In this document: one piece after another, positions 1 through 10,514 of the stretch
Layout of the letters: each line of letters opens with the position of its first letter
How positions within the stretch are numbered: the first letter of the stretch is position 1
IMG/VR virus record: IMGVR_UViG_3300031951_000001
Location: 248,001 to 312,000 of that record
DNA length: 64,000 nucleotides
Reading direction: 5' to 3' (one strand)
Program-made: the position numbers and the translations under genes
Notes under the pieces: generated by a model
Seen by the model: the letters and a program-made list of their open reading frames with translations, nothing else
Told to the model about the DNA's origin: nothing
Databases searched by the model: none

Positions 1-42
1 GATGGTGATAGTTACTACTATAATATAAAACAAACGGACTAG
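1..42 (+). CDS. 3' end of an upstream gene, truncated by the window edge
   Basis: Frame 1 reads DGDSYYYNIKQTD then TAG at 40-42, just before the next gene's promoter motif. Confidence 0.4.
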   Translation, partial: DGDSYYYNIKQTD

Positions 43-50
43 TATTTATA
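43..50 (+). promoter_or_regulatory. Putative late promoter motif TATTTAT
   Basis: TATTTATA 4 nt before the gp25-like ATG; the motif recurs before most structural operons. Confidence 0.5.
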
Positions 51-54
51 TTAA

Positions 55-513
55 ATGGCTTTAGGTAATACATACGGTATAAATTTTCCTTTTGCGGATT
101 CGCAGACTGGTAAGTATCTGTTTTTAACTCAAACCGCAGATGAGGAAATTAGAACTGATTTAATTCACCTTCTTTTAACAAGAAAAGGTACTAGATATTT
201 TTTACCTGATTTTGGAACAAGATTATATGAATTTATTTTTGAGCCATTAGATGGACCAACTTTTTCTGAAATAGAGGCGGAAATCCGTGAGTCGGTACAA
301 GAATATTTACCTAATCTAACAATCACTCAAATTTCTGTTAAAGCGGCGTCTGAAGGTGAAGAAGGAAAGGGTGAATACGTAAATGATGATGGGCAGAAAG
401 TTTATAGAGTACCGGGTATTGGTCAAATGGAGCATACCGCGGTTGTAAGAATTGACTACACAATTACAGATAGTGTTTTTAATAGTAGTGATTTTGTTAT
501 AATTAATATTTAA
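55..513 (+). CDS. Baseplate wedge protein, T4 gp25/GPW-like
   Basis: GINFPF...EEIRTDLIHLLLTRKGTRYFLPDFGTRLYEFIFEPLD is the typical gp25/W pattern; it lies immediately upstream of a gp6/J-like gene. Confidence 0.88.
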   Translation: MALGNTYGINFPFADSQTGKYLFLTQTADEEIRTDLIHLLLTRKGTRYFLPDFGTRLYEFIFEPLDGPTFSEIEAEIRESVQEYLPNLTITQISVKAASEGEEGKGEYVNDDGQKVYRVPGIGQMEHTAVVRIDYTITDSVFNSSDFVIINI

Positions 514-519
514 TAGTAC

Positions 520-2358
520 ATGGCAAATAAGAAAATATCATATACCACCAGGGATTTTGAAGCAATAAGGACCGAACTTATTAATTTTACAAGAACGTAT
601 TACCCCGACCTCATTGACAATGTTAATGACGCTGCCGTGTTTTCGGTATTGTTGGATTTGAACGCTGCGGTAACCGACAACCTCCACTTCAACATAGATA
701 GAAGTATTCAAGAAACAGTATTACAATACGCTCAACAGAGGTCATCAATATATAATATTGCCAGAACTTACGGTTTAAAGGTACCAGGACAAAGACCATC
801 AGTTGCGTTAGTTGATTTATCAATTACGGTACCGGCATTCGGAGATAAAGAAGATTTGAGATATTGCGGTATATTAAGAAGAGGGTCACAAGTTAATGGC
901 GCCGGACAAGTTTTTGAAACTGTATATGACATTGATTTTTCTTCAGCGGTTAATGCTGAAGGTGCATCAAACAGGTTGGTAATACCAAATTTTGATTCAA
1001 ATAATATCCTTATTAATTATACAATCACTAAAAGAGAGACAGTTGTTAACGGTATTACAAAAGTATTTAAGAAGGTTATTACACCAAATGATGTGAAACC
1101 TTTTTATGAAGTTTTTTTACCTGAAAAAAATGTGTTAGGAGTTACAAGTGTTTTATTAAAAGATGGAACACAGTATGCAAGTGTACCATCTACCCAAGAA
1201 TTTTTAGGTTTAGATAATAGATGGTATGAAGTACAAGCACTTGCTCAAGATAGAGTTTTTGTTGAAGACCCAACTAAAACCGCCGACTCACCTGGTATTA
1301 AAGTAGGAAAATATATCACAACTTCTAATAAGTTTATTACCGAATTTACACCTGAAGGTTATATGAAAATGACCTTTGGAGGAGGAAGTCAATCTGCTGA
1401 TGAACAATTAAGAGAATTTGCGAGAAACGGGATGAAGTTGGATTTGTATAAATATTCAAACAACTTTGCTTTGGGTAGTACGTTAAAGTCAAATACAACA
1501 TTGTTCGTTCAGTATAGAATTGGAGGGGGATTAAGTAGTAATGTCGGTGTTAATGTAATAACACAAATAGGAACGGTTTCTTTTTACGTAAATGGTCCAT
1601 CTTCTTCAGTTAATACGAGTGTTGTTAATTCATTAAAATGTAACAATGTGACGGCGGCCATAGGTGGTGCGAATATACCAACGGTTGAAGAGGTTAGAAA
1701 TTTAGTAGGATTTAATTTTGCTGCTCAAAACAGAGCAGTGACTGTAAATGACTATGATTCAATCATAAGAACAATGCCGTCACAATTCGGGGCACCGGCT
1801 AAAGTGGCGATTACCGAAGAAAATAATAAAATTAAAATTCAAATGTTGGCTTACGATGAGACAGGTAATCTAACCGAGGTCATCTCAAATACTTTGAAAA
1901 ATAATGTTGCTAATTATTTGTCTAATTACAGAATGTTGAATGATTACATATCAGTTATGTCGGCAAATGTGGTTGACCTTTCAATAATAATTGAAGTTGT
2001 ATTAGATAGTAGTCAAAATCAAGGAGCTTTAATATCTCAAGTGATTAATATTGTAACAAACTTCTTTAGTCCATTGAACAGACAGATGGGTGAGAATGTT
2101 TATGTTTCAGAATTGAGAAGACAAATTCAGAATGAAAATGGGGTTATTACATTAGCGAATATTACATTCTATAATTTGGTTGGAGGTCAATATTCCTCAT
2201 CTCAAACTTCACAAAGATACTCTGACCCTGAAACAAGACAAATTGAATTAATTGACGATACTTTATTTGCGGAACCAAACCAAACTTACCAAATTAGATT
2301 TCCCGGTAAGGACATAACAGTTAGAGTAAAGAACTTTAAGTCAGTCAATTTTTCTTGA
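520..2358 (+). CDS. Baseplate wedge subunit, T4 gp6/baseplate J-like
   Basis: N-terminal YTTRDFEAIRTELINF, AQQRSSIYNIARTYG, YRIGGG, and AQNRAVTVNDY; 612 aa, following the gp25-like gene. Confidence 0.88.
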   Translation: MANKKISYTTRDFEAIRTELINFTRTYYPDLIDNVNDAAVFSVLLDLNAAVTDNLHFNIDRSIQETVLQYAQQRSSIYNIARTYGLKVPGQRPSVALVDLSITVPAFGDKEDLRYCGILRRGSQVNGAGQVFETVYDIDFSSAVNAEGASNRLVIPNFDSNNILINYTITKRETVVNGITKVFKKVITPNDVKPFYEVFLPEKNVLGVTSVLLKDGTQYASVPSTQEFLGLDNRWYEVQALAQDRVFVEDPTKTADSPGIKVGKYITTSNKFITEFTPEGYMKMTFGGGSQSADEQLREFARNGMKLDLYKYSNNFALGSTLKSNTTLFVQYRIGGGLSSNVGVNVITQIGTVSFYVNGPSSSVNTSVVNSLKCNNVTAAIGGANIPTVEEVRNLVGFNFAAQNRAVTVNDYDSIIRTMPSQFGAPAKVAITEENNKIKIQMLAYDETGNLTEVISNTLKNNVANYLSNYRMLNDYISVMSANVVDLSIIIEVVLDSSQNQGALISQVINIVTNFFSPLNRQMGENVYVSELRRQIQNENGVITLANITFYNLVGGQYSSSQTSQRYSDPETRQIELIDDTLFAEPNQTYQIRFPGKDITVRVKNFKSVNFS

Positions 2359-2408
2359 TAATTTATTTTATTAGTATCTCCTCTATCTTTTGAAAATAGA
2401 CAATAAAC

Positions 2409-2416
2409 TATTTATT
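2409..2416 (+). promoter_or_regulatory. Putative late promoter motif TATTTAT
   Basis: TATTTATT upstream of 2433. Confidence 0.5.
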
Positions 2417-2432
2417 AAAAAATAGAGTAGTA

Positions 2433-5400
2433 ATGCCAAAATCATATAGGATTAGGACGGAAGTCGGAAAAGACAAATCAATAAAGGTACAGTTAGAACA
2501 AGACTTTGAATCCTTAGAAATATTATCACTCAAGATATTACAAAGTGACATTTATAATCGAGTTTGTGCTGATTATGGTGTTGTTATTGGTAGAATAACC
2601 GCAAATAATGGATTGGGGTTACCTAACTGTAAAGTATCTGTATTTATCCCACTAACCACAGAAGACGAAGAAAATCCTGTAATATCTGAACTATATCCAT
2701 ACAAAACATTGGATGATGTTAATGACGATGGGTATCGATATAATTTATTACCATATACAAAGTCTCACGGAGGTCACACACCAACAGGTACATTCCCATC
2801 AAGAAACGACGTACTTACAAATCCTACTCTTATAGAAGTTTATGATAAGTATTATAAATTCACGGCTAAAACAAATGATAGTGGTGACTTTATGTTGTTT
2901 GGTGTGCCACTTGGAAGTCAGACTATTCACGTTGATATTGATTTATCAGACATTGGAGAATTTTCTTTGTCACCACAAGATTTAATAAGATTGGGGATTG
3001 CGACAGAAAATCAAATATCAGGGGTTAGATTCAATTCATCAAATACTTTAGATACCTTACCACAACTTTTAAGTTTTAATAGAGTAATTGAAGTGTATCC
3101 ATTGTGGGGACAACCTGAAATTTGTGAATTAGGTATTACAAGAACGGATTTTGATTTATCAAAAGAGGCGGGAATTCAGTTGTTACCGGCGGCTATTTTT
3201 ATGGGGTCAATTATATCTAACCAAGATAAAAGAGCGGTCAAAAGAAAATGTAAAGTTAATAGAAAGTTAGGTAATTTGTGTCAATTAATTGCCGGTCCTG
3301 GAATTATTTTGGCAATAAGACAAACAATAGGAGTTGATAGTGATGGTTATCCTGTGCTTGAAGAATATCAGTTAGAAGATGGTGGGCAAGTTATTGATGA
3401 TAATGGAGCATGGTTGATAGATGTGCCGATGAATTTGGATTTTGTATATACAAATGAATTTGGAGAACGAACCTTTTCTAACGACCCTAAAGTGGGGGTT
3501 CCCACAAGAGCAAGGTATAGATTCAAAGTGGACTGGGCTCAACCTGCAACAATAGGAAAGATTAAAAGAGCTTCTTTTTTAGTTCCTAATATTAAGGAAT
3601 GGGGATGGGATGACTATCAGACTGTCGTAACCATAGGAGGACCCACCACTATTACATCAACTCCTGACCCAGACAATGACCCATATGCTTTCTATCCATC
3701 AACAGAAATTAAATGTAACGCACCTAACCCAACAACTGACTACAATGACAATAGATTCAAAATGGTTAAAGCTTCATATGCTTTCAGCGTAAATTGGAGA
3801 GATTATGGTCTTACTGACTCTGCCAATAATCTAACATCAATTGGACAGAGAATGGTTCAAGAAGCGGTTGATTGTATAGATAGATTTTATGAAATGAGGT
3901 ATAATAAAGTTTATACTGTTTCTGAATTAATATCCGAATACAGGTCAAATTCGGGTGTTAAAAAATTTATATCTGTTAGAGATATCTTGGATGAAACTTG
4001 TGAAAGTACGAATAGTCCATTTCCGGCTAATGATGCCCAATTTCAGTTTGATTTGTTGTATCTTTTGATGTCAATATTGGCTCTTATTGCTAAACCTATA
4101 TTAACAATATTAATCTTCATTGCCCATATAGTTGCTTGGGCAATTTGTAAAATAAAGGACTTTATTTGTGGATTAAAACAAATGATTTGTAGTTCAAATG
4201 TACTTAGGGGTTTTGGTAATTGGAGATGTAATAAATGGACGGGTAAATGTAATGAATGGAATGATAAGTGTGAAAACCAAGGTATTAATTTACCCTTATT
4301 GACTTATCCTGATTGTGAATTGTGTGAATGTACTCAAAGTGATGGTCCGAATCAAATATCTAGTAATTTGGCAACTCCATCAACAATACCACCTGGCTCA
4401 ACTAACAGTCTACCACAAACTTTATCAACTAACTATCAACTAGGAACGACTACTACCATACCGGAATTATTTAATATTATAACATTAGATAACCCCACAA
4501 ATTTTGCTTGTTCTGATGGTGATGGGGAGACAGAAAGTACTACAAAACGCACATTTACCCAAAGCATTCCTTATTCAGAAAAAATGAATTTGTTTAACAC
4601 AAAAGCGAAGTTTTTTGATGAGGACCCAACAGACCCGACTATAAATCCTGGAGGTGGTGTAAATAGGATTAAAGTATCTTTTAATGTAAATGCCACGGCT
4701 AATGCTGGTAAATTTCACTTTGATAATGTATTTGCTATGGTTATGCCTCCATTACCTCCTGATGATGGAATAGGGGAGAACCCTCAAGTTGTGGGACAGG
4801 GTGACTTGATAAGGTTTTCTAAAACACAACCTTCTACTGACCCAAATTTAATATACTATTCTAGTCAAACAATATCAGGTTATAATCAATTTGGAAGTAG
4901 AGGGATAACAGGAGTTACCGACCCAAGTTGGGTATCGGGTTCAAATCCTGATGATGCCGCCCAACAAGGGTATAGTTTTAATAAAACTATTACATATGCT
5001 AATCATAAAATTAACCCAACTACAGGACCTGAACAAGCGGCAAAAACAGTTGACTATGAAATTTTTGGCTCCGAAGAAAGTTTAGGGGCTCAAAGATTTG
5101 GGTTTGACGATGAATATTTTCAAGTAATATACACTGGAACTGTTGGGACTTTTTTAATTCAAGCGGCGAGTGAGGGTACGAGCCCTAATAGTTTTGCTCA
5201 CAGATTTTTGAATGGGGGGATGTATTTTGTAACTAACACATATGAAAATAGTCTTTTTTCACCAAACTTATCAACACCTTGCTCTATGCCGCCTTCATCA
5301 CCGCCAGAAATATGTGCGGATGTAAATGTCATTTCTCAGGCCACTGAAATCAAGAGGCCCATGGACGTATTACCCGATTATTCAGATTATAGGGTTGTTT

Positions 5401-7973
5401 TCATGGTTAGAGGGGTTGACCCTCATTCTACTAAAGTTATGTGTAAATACGACCTAAGTGCTCTTTTTGGGGAAACGCTTACTGACGATGGGTTCTTTAA
5501 TTTGACTAGAACTGAACAATTTATGGCGTACCAAAATATACCGATACAACCCACAATGAGAACTGTTAAACATAATTTAACTAATTCATATAATTCTGAC
5601 CCCTATAGCGGTAATGATTTATTTTATGATACGTTTGGATTTACTCCTGACCCTGTGCAATTTACACCCTTCAATAGTCTAAAACCATTATATTATTCTG
5701 CATTAGATTCTACTAATCCGGCTGGTGCTGATTTAGATGCTTATAATGATGTTACTGTTAGTAATTTTAGTGATGCTACGAGTAATCAAGATATAATAAA
5801 GATTGATGATTTAAACAACTATAATAAAGAGTCATGGTTTGATATAACATCTAATTATGGGGATAATAAACCCGATTTTGCAACATATGATACATCAGTT
5901 GCTAGCGGGGACAATGATAATGAGTTTAATACTTTTGTAAACGGAAGAAATAGAGGGTATTTTAAGGGAGAAATTGTTGAGGGAGGTTCTTTATTATATA
6001 TACCGGAATCAACTAACCCAATGACGTTTGACTACTCAAATGCATTCCTTTCTCCACCCCCTGATGATATAGGATGTAGAATGTTACAACATTATTATTA
6101 TGGGGCTAGATTTTCATCTCCGTCATTGGGTGTTTATATTGACTTACAACCTGGAGGTAGTGGTAGAAAATTTGTTATGAGGTCAGACAGATTACCTGTT
6201 TCAGACACACCTGAAGACACTAACCCAAATGGCACAACAAATGCCGGACAACCCGAGGTATCGTTACCTCCGACTAACGCACTACCTACAACAACCCTTT
6301 CTATGATTGGGTTTAACAATCCCCAATTAGACATATCAATCATTCCTTTAGATGGTGAAGTGCCGGCAATTGTCCCACCACCGGTATCGTCTAATCAAGC
6401 AGATAATATTGAAAACCAACAAGATACGGAAAATACCCCAATTTCAAATATCGCTGGAAGTTTTAGTTGTGATGGAGTTGTGCCTCTTGAATGTTACGAT
6501 GTTAATAGTGCTGGTGAAGTTTTTGTCCAGCCTGTTACACACCCATGTTTTACAAATAATTGTTGTAATGGTGATAGTGAATCAAAATGTTATGGGTGTG
6601 ATGGAGATAAAATAATGGCTTATGGATGTTATAAGCTAATAACCGACCCTTGGAAATCAAGAAAGACTGATAAGTATCTTATGAATGAGTGGTTATTAAG
6701 ACTCAGAATTAGTTTTGCCGCTTGTAGAAACGTTTGGGGTCACATGTTTACAAATCAATGGGTGAACGGAACGTTATTTGCGTATCCGTTGCAAGTACAA
6801 ACAAGATATACAAGTCCTGGTGAAGATATACCAACATATGATGCGAATGGAAACATTACAAACGGAACCATAGGACCTAATCAGCCGTACTCTTGCTATT
6901 GTACTCACTTGGCTTACTTTGATTATCAGAATAATAATTTTTATTATCGTGTAACACCTTATAGTGAAACCACTGGATATATCGGTAGAACTAGTGACAA
7001 AACAATTAGAGGCCGAGATTTAGATGGTAATAGAAGAATTTTGGGTAACCCAACAACAATGATGGATTTGGGACCTAGAAATGATTACATGGATGAATTA
7101 TCATATAGTGATGAATTTCAAGGGTATGTTGTGGATAGACTTGACTCTACAACTTTTCAAGATGTCGACGAATTATTAAATTTATTCATAATTCAAAGAT
7201 TAGTATCCGCAAGTATACGAGATATAATAAAAACATCGGCTAAGGCGGGTGCAAATAATGACCCCGTTAAAAAATATTTTAGTAGAGATAATCTTAAAGT
7301 TGATGGTGACTACGCTCAAATGTTGGCAATTAATTCACAATTAGGAGTGATTGCTTTTGACACTGGTTTATACACTGACCCTAATGATATATTCTTTAGT
7401 AGGGCGAATTCTGATAAAGGTGTATTTGGAGTATTTTTCTCGGCGGATAGCCAGGTAAGAGATTGGATTACCCCAAAAAGAACAATCGTCTCACCTGGCG
7501 GTGACCCCATCTTTCCTTGTACTTTTGACGAGAACCCAATCTTTTCACAAGAGATACCAATGTATTTGTGGCATGTAAAACCAAACTCAAGTGGTGATAG
7601 TATTTTTGGTGACCAATTAAATGAGTGGGATACTTTACCAATATCTGCCGGACAATTTAATCACGTAAAATATCAAAGTATAGACAGACTAAGTACTTCA
7701 ACACCTTTCGGCTCAAGAACAATGACCCCTAACCAACAAGACAATGAATCTTATTTCAAAGGGTTTATATCTAATACTTATAATGACTTAACAGATGCTG
7801 CATACCCTTCAGTAGGTAGTGAAACTTATTTTAGTCCTAGAGATATAGGAAATGTTGGTAAAGTTAATAATACTGCACCATTTTATTTCTATTTTGGTTT
7901 AGTAAAAGGTTCATCGGCGTTTGATAGATTTACAACTAAATGGATTGATGGTAGAAAGAAAAATGTATATTAA
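2433..7973 (+). CDS. Very large putative baseplate/tail structural protein (1846 aa)
   Basis: Long ORF within the baseplate operon; TATTTAT motif upstream; internal hydrophobic segment and Cys-rich patches. Function inferred from gene context only. Confidence 0.6.
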   Translation: MPKSYRIRTEVGKDKSIKVQLEQDFESLEILSLKILQSDIYNRVCADYGVVIGRITANNGLGLPNCKVSVFIPLTTEDEENPVISELYPYKTLDDVNDDGYRYNLLPYTKSHGGHTPTGTFPSRNDVLTNPTLIEVYDKYYKFTAKTNDSGDFMLFGVPLGSQTIHVDIDLSDIGEFSLSPQDLIRLGIATENQISGVRFNSSNTLDTLPQLLSFNRVIEVYPLWGQPEICELGITRTDFDLSKEAGIQLLPAAIFMGSIISNQDKRAVKRKCKVNRKLGNLCQLIAGPGIILAIRQTIGVDSDGYPVLEEYQLEDGGQVIDDNGAWLIDVPMNLDFVYTNEFGERTFSNDPKVGVPTRARYRFKVDWAQPATIGKIKRASFLVPNIKEWGWDDYQTVVTIGGPTTITSTPDPDNDPYAFYPSTEIKCNAPNPTTDYNDNRFKMVKASYAFSVNWRDYGLTDSANNLTSIGQRMVQEAVDCIDRFYEMRYNKVYTVSELISEYRSNSGVKKFISVRDILDETCESTNSPFPANDAQFQFDLLYLLMSILALIAKPILTILIFIAHIVAWAICKIKDFICGLKQMICSSNVLRGFGNWRCNKWTGKCNEWNDKCENQGINLPLLTYPDCELCECTQSDGPNQISSNLATPSTIPPGSTNSLPQTLSTNYQLGTTTTIPELFNIITLDNPTNFACSDGDGETESTTKRTFTQSIPYSEKMNLFNTKAKFFDEDPTDPTINPGGGVNRIKVSFNVNATANAGKFHFDNVFAMVMPPLPPDDGIGENPQVVGQGDLIRFSKTQPSTDPNLIYYSSQTISGYNQFGSRGITGVTDPSWVSGSNPDDAAQQGYSFNKTITYANHKINPTTGPEQAAKTVDYEIFGSEESLGAQRFGFDDEYFQVIYTGTVGTFLIQAASEGTSPNSFAHRFLNGGMYFVTNTYENSLFSPNLSTPCSMPPSSPPEICADVNVISQATEIKRPMDVLPDYSDYRVVFMVRGVDPHSTKVMCKYDLSALFGETLTDDGFFNLTRTEQFMAYQNIPIQPTMRTVKHNLTNSYNSDPYSGNDLFYDTFGFTPDPVQFTPFNSLKPLYYSALDSTNPAGADLDAYNDVTVSNFSDATSNQDIIKIDDLNNYNKESWFDITSNYGDNKPDFATYDTSVASGDNDNEFNTFVNGRNRGYFKGEIVEGGSLLYIPESTNPMTFDYSNAFLSPPPDDIGCRMLQHYYYGARFSSPSLGVYIDLQPGGSGRKFVMRSDRLPVSDTPEDTNPNGTTNAGQPEVSLPPTNALPTTTLSMIGFNNPQLDISIIPLDGEVPAIVPPPVSSNQADNIENQQDTENTPISNIAGSFSCDGVVPLECYDVNSAGEVFVQPVTHPCFTNNCCNGDSESKCYGCDGDKIMAYGCYKLITDPWKSRKTDKYLMNEWLLRLRISFAACRNVWGHMFTNQWVNGTLFAYPLQVQTRYTSPGEDIPTYDANGNITNGTIGPNQPYSCYCTHLAYFDYQNNNFYYRVTPYSETTGYIGRTSDKTIRGRDLDGNRRILGNPTTMMDLGPRNDYMDELSYSDEFQGYVVDRLDSTTFQDVDELLNLFIIQRLVSASIRDIIKTSAKAGANNDPVKKYFSRDNLKVDGDYAQMLAINSQLGVIAFDTGLYTDPNDIFFSRANSDKGVFGVFFSADSQVRDWITPKRTIVSPGGDPIFPCTFDENPIFSQEIPMYLWHVKPNSSGDSIFGDQLNEWDTLPISAGQFNHVKYQSIDRLSTSTPFGSRTMTPNQQDNESYFKGFISNTYNDLTDAAYPSVGSETYFSPRDIGNVGKVNNTAPFYFYFGLVKGSSAFDRFTTKWIDGRKKNVY

Positions 7974-7975
7974 AG

Positions 7976-9745
7976 ATGGGAAATATTAATGACACACGTA
8001 TAATATTAGGTTCTTTAAGATATAAATCGGCACCGGATACCGACACAGGATTGAAAGTGCCATTGGTTCAAAATAATAAGTTATTAATTGAATTTGATAG
8101 AAGTGCGAACATAAGTCTTGAACAAGTTTTTAATGACGAAAGACAGAAGTCAACATTTTTTAGACCTGTTGCTAAATACAGTGTTATATTTCAAAACGCA
8201 TATTCAGGATACTCATATTATAAACCATTCATTAACAATTTATATTATTTGAATTCTGAACAAGCTGCCAAAGACGCTTGTGCGGGACTTGCGGTAACAT
8301 GGATTGGATTACCACAATATAATGAGTTTGATTTTATTCGAAATGATTTTAATCAACCATATTACACCCAACCACCAGACCAACATCTTATCTTTAGACC
8401 AAAGGATGTTGCGAGATATAATTGGAGTTTTTGTATGACTTATCCTCATGAAAATGATACAACACAACCAATGTCGGCAATTTTTTTAATTCCTGGATTA
8501 TCAGGTAAACAAAGTGTGAGTTGGATTGCTTCGGACGGGATACCATTTGTAATTAAATTGACTACTACAAATGGATTGAAAACAATACAGTTATGGTGTC
8601 CCATAAAACATAATGTATCACAAGGAGAATTTATTAAATTCAAATCACCATTCAATTTAGGAGGAATTGATTTATTTCAAGTGTATTCGATAGGTAACGG
8701 TACAGTCGGTAGTGATGAATACGTCATTAATCTTCAAGACCCTGGATTTACTTCAATATCCAGCGGATTAAAATCAACATTCAAAAGAGTTGTTTTGAGA
8801 GATAATCAAAATGAAACTACTTCTGAATATTATGTAAGAAGACATAAAGTTCTTACCCCACCCAAGGCGTCGGCTTTAGTTAATTGCGGATATGAACAAA
8901 ACATATTTAAAACTAGTGCTAAATTAGAAAGAGAACCATATACCCCTAATCAATACGAGAGAATATCAACCAAGGAAGGTTCCCAAACTTATACGTTGTC
9001 ATTTAATAGTGATGTTGATTTAAATAATTTGGTAGATAATCAAGGAAGACCAGTTACTAAATTATATTACACGACCGTATGGAGAGGTTATTTTGGTTAC
9101 ACTAAAAGTTTAAAACAGGGTTGGGAATTTAATTTACAACCTGACCCAATATTAAAAACTCCTACAACATGGTGGACTGATAGTAATGGATTTTCAGATA
9201 TTGATATTGCAACCAGTTCGTATACTGTTCCACCACCTTTGGGAACAAGTCCATTGGGGTCACCATTTACCTTTACCTATACAAACACCCCAAATGTTGG
9301 AGATACATTAGACGGAGATTTTTGTGAATGGAATGATTATGAACAAAAGGAATATGAGATTGCTACTTACTACCATAAAATAAGATTTAACAGTGATACT
9401 TTTAATACATCATATGGACCACCAAATAATCCATTTGGGTATTATTATCAACCTCACTTTGGTGTAACACTACGAGACTACTCTGATTATTTGGAGGAGG
9501 GTGATGTGAAAAATACCGTTGGAGTACCTGATTACGCATATTTTTCAGAGAATAGGAATGTATTTGTTTGGAGAGATTTATACGAATATGGATACATAGA
9601 TAGCACTGGTATAGGAACAAATTGGCCTTTCATGAATGGAAGACACCATATATATCGAAATATAACTTTTAGAATTATACCTGAAGGTACTAATTATAAG
9701 GAGTATAATATAACTCAATTAATGGTAATAGATGGGTGCGAATAA
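7976..9745 (+). CDS. Putative virion structural protein
   Basis: 589-aa ORF starting 2 nt after the upstream stop; aromatic- and beta-rich; context only. Confidence 0.55.
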   Translation: MGNINDTRIILGSLRYKSAPDTDTGLKVPLVQNNKLLIEFDRSANISLEQVFNDERQKSTFFRPVAKYSVIFQNAYSGYSYYKPFINNLYYLNSEQAAKDACAGLAVTWIGLPQYNEFDFIRNDFNQPYYTQPPDQHLIFRPKDVARYNWSFCMTYPHENDTTQPMSAIFLIPGLSGKQSVSWIASDGIPFVIKLTTTNGLKTIQLWCPIKHNVSQGEFIKFKSPFNLGGIDLFQVYSIGNGTVGSDEYVINLQDPGFTSISSGLKSTFKRVVLRDNQNETTSEYYVRRHKVLTPPKASALVNCGYEQNIFKTSAKLEREPYTPNQYERISTKEGSQTYTLSFNSDVDLNNLVDNQGRPVTKLYYTTVWRGYFGYTKSLKQGWEFNLQPDPILKTPTTWWTDSNGFSDIDIATSSYTVPPPLGTSPLGSPFTFTYTNTPNVGDTLDGDFCEWNDYEQKEYEIATYYHKIRFNSDTFNTSYGPPNNPFGYYYQPHFGVTLRDYSDYLEEGDVKNTVGVPDYAYFSENRNVFVWRDLYEYGYIDSTGIGTNWPFMNGRHHIYRNITFRIIPEGTNYKEYNITQLMVIDGCE

Positions 9746-10514
9746 CAAATATCTTTTTACAATACCAATCGGAACAAAGTCAATCCAACTTCCTGTTGAA
9801 TTGAAATTTGATAGCGTTGGTCAGAGTGATAGTATTGAAATATGGGAAAAAAACGCTATTGCTGAAGTTATTGGACTGGCAAAAGATTTTGATATCCTTA
9901 GATTTGCTCACGAAGAATATGGGTCCGACCAACAAACTAGTGTAAACTACAAATTTTATTTTTTTGACGAATTAAATTCTGATTGGGTAGACGACTATCA
10001 AGCTGAAGGTTTTACCACAGAAGAAAACTACTATATAAGTAATGGATTTGAAAGGTCATTTTTTAAACTTGATTTTTATAATACACCCGATAACGCTAAT
10101 CAAACAATTTATTTTACTGTAATTCTTCCATTACAAACTGGTGAGGAAAATTCTGTGTCAATTAGTCCTTATCTACCACCCGTGTTAGTTGAGAGACCTG
10201 AATTTAAATTAGATTACACTAAAAATAGAGAAGGTTTTTTCTTTTATTGGATGAGAGATAAAAAGTTTCTCAACTTGGACACTTTCTACATGAGTGCCAA
10301 ATTCTTCGATGCTAAATTGGGGGTATTCGTAAGAATGATGACAGTTAAACCAAATACTTTACCCGACCCAACATCATTTGATACTAAAAAATATTTTTAT
10401 AGAAAAGTCGTTTTAGATTACGATAACTACACATATAAAATATATAATTCTAGCGGTGCAAGAATAGGAACAGGGTCACCCATAAATTGGTATGAATATA
10501 TTAACCCATCATAA
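9732..10514 (+). CDS. Putative virion structural protein
   Basis: 260-aa ORF overlapping both neighbours in the structural operon. Confidence 0.55.
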   Translation: MGANNKYLFTIPIGTKSIQLPVELKFDSVGQSDSIEIWEKNAIAEVIGLAKDFDILRFAHEEYGSDQQTSVNYKFYFFDELNSDWVDDYQAEGFTTEENYYISNGFERSFFKLDFYNTPDNANQTIYFTVILPLQTGEENSVSISPYLPPVLVERPEFKLDYTKNREGFFFYWMRDKKFLNLDTFYMSAKFFDAKLGVFVRMMTVKPNTLPDPTSFDTKKYFYRKVVLDYDNYTYKIYNSSGARIGTGSPINWYEYINPS

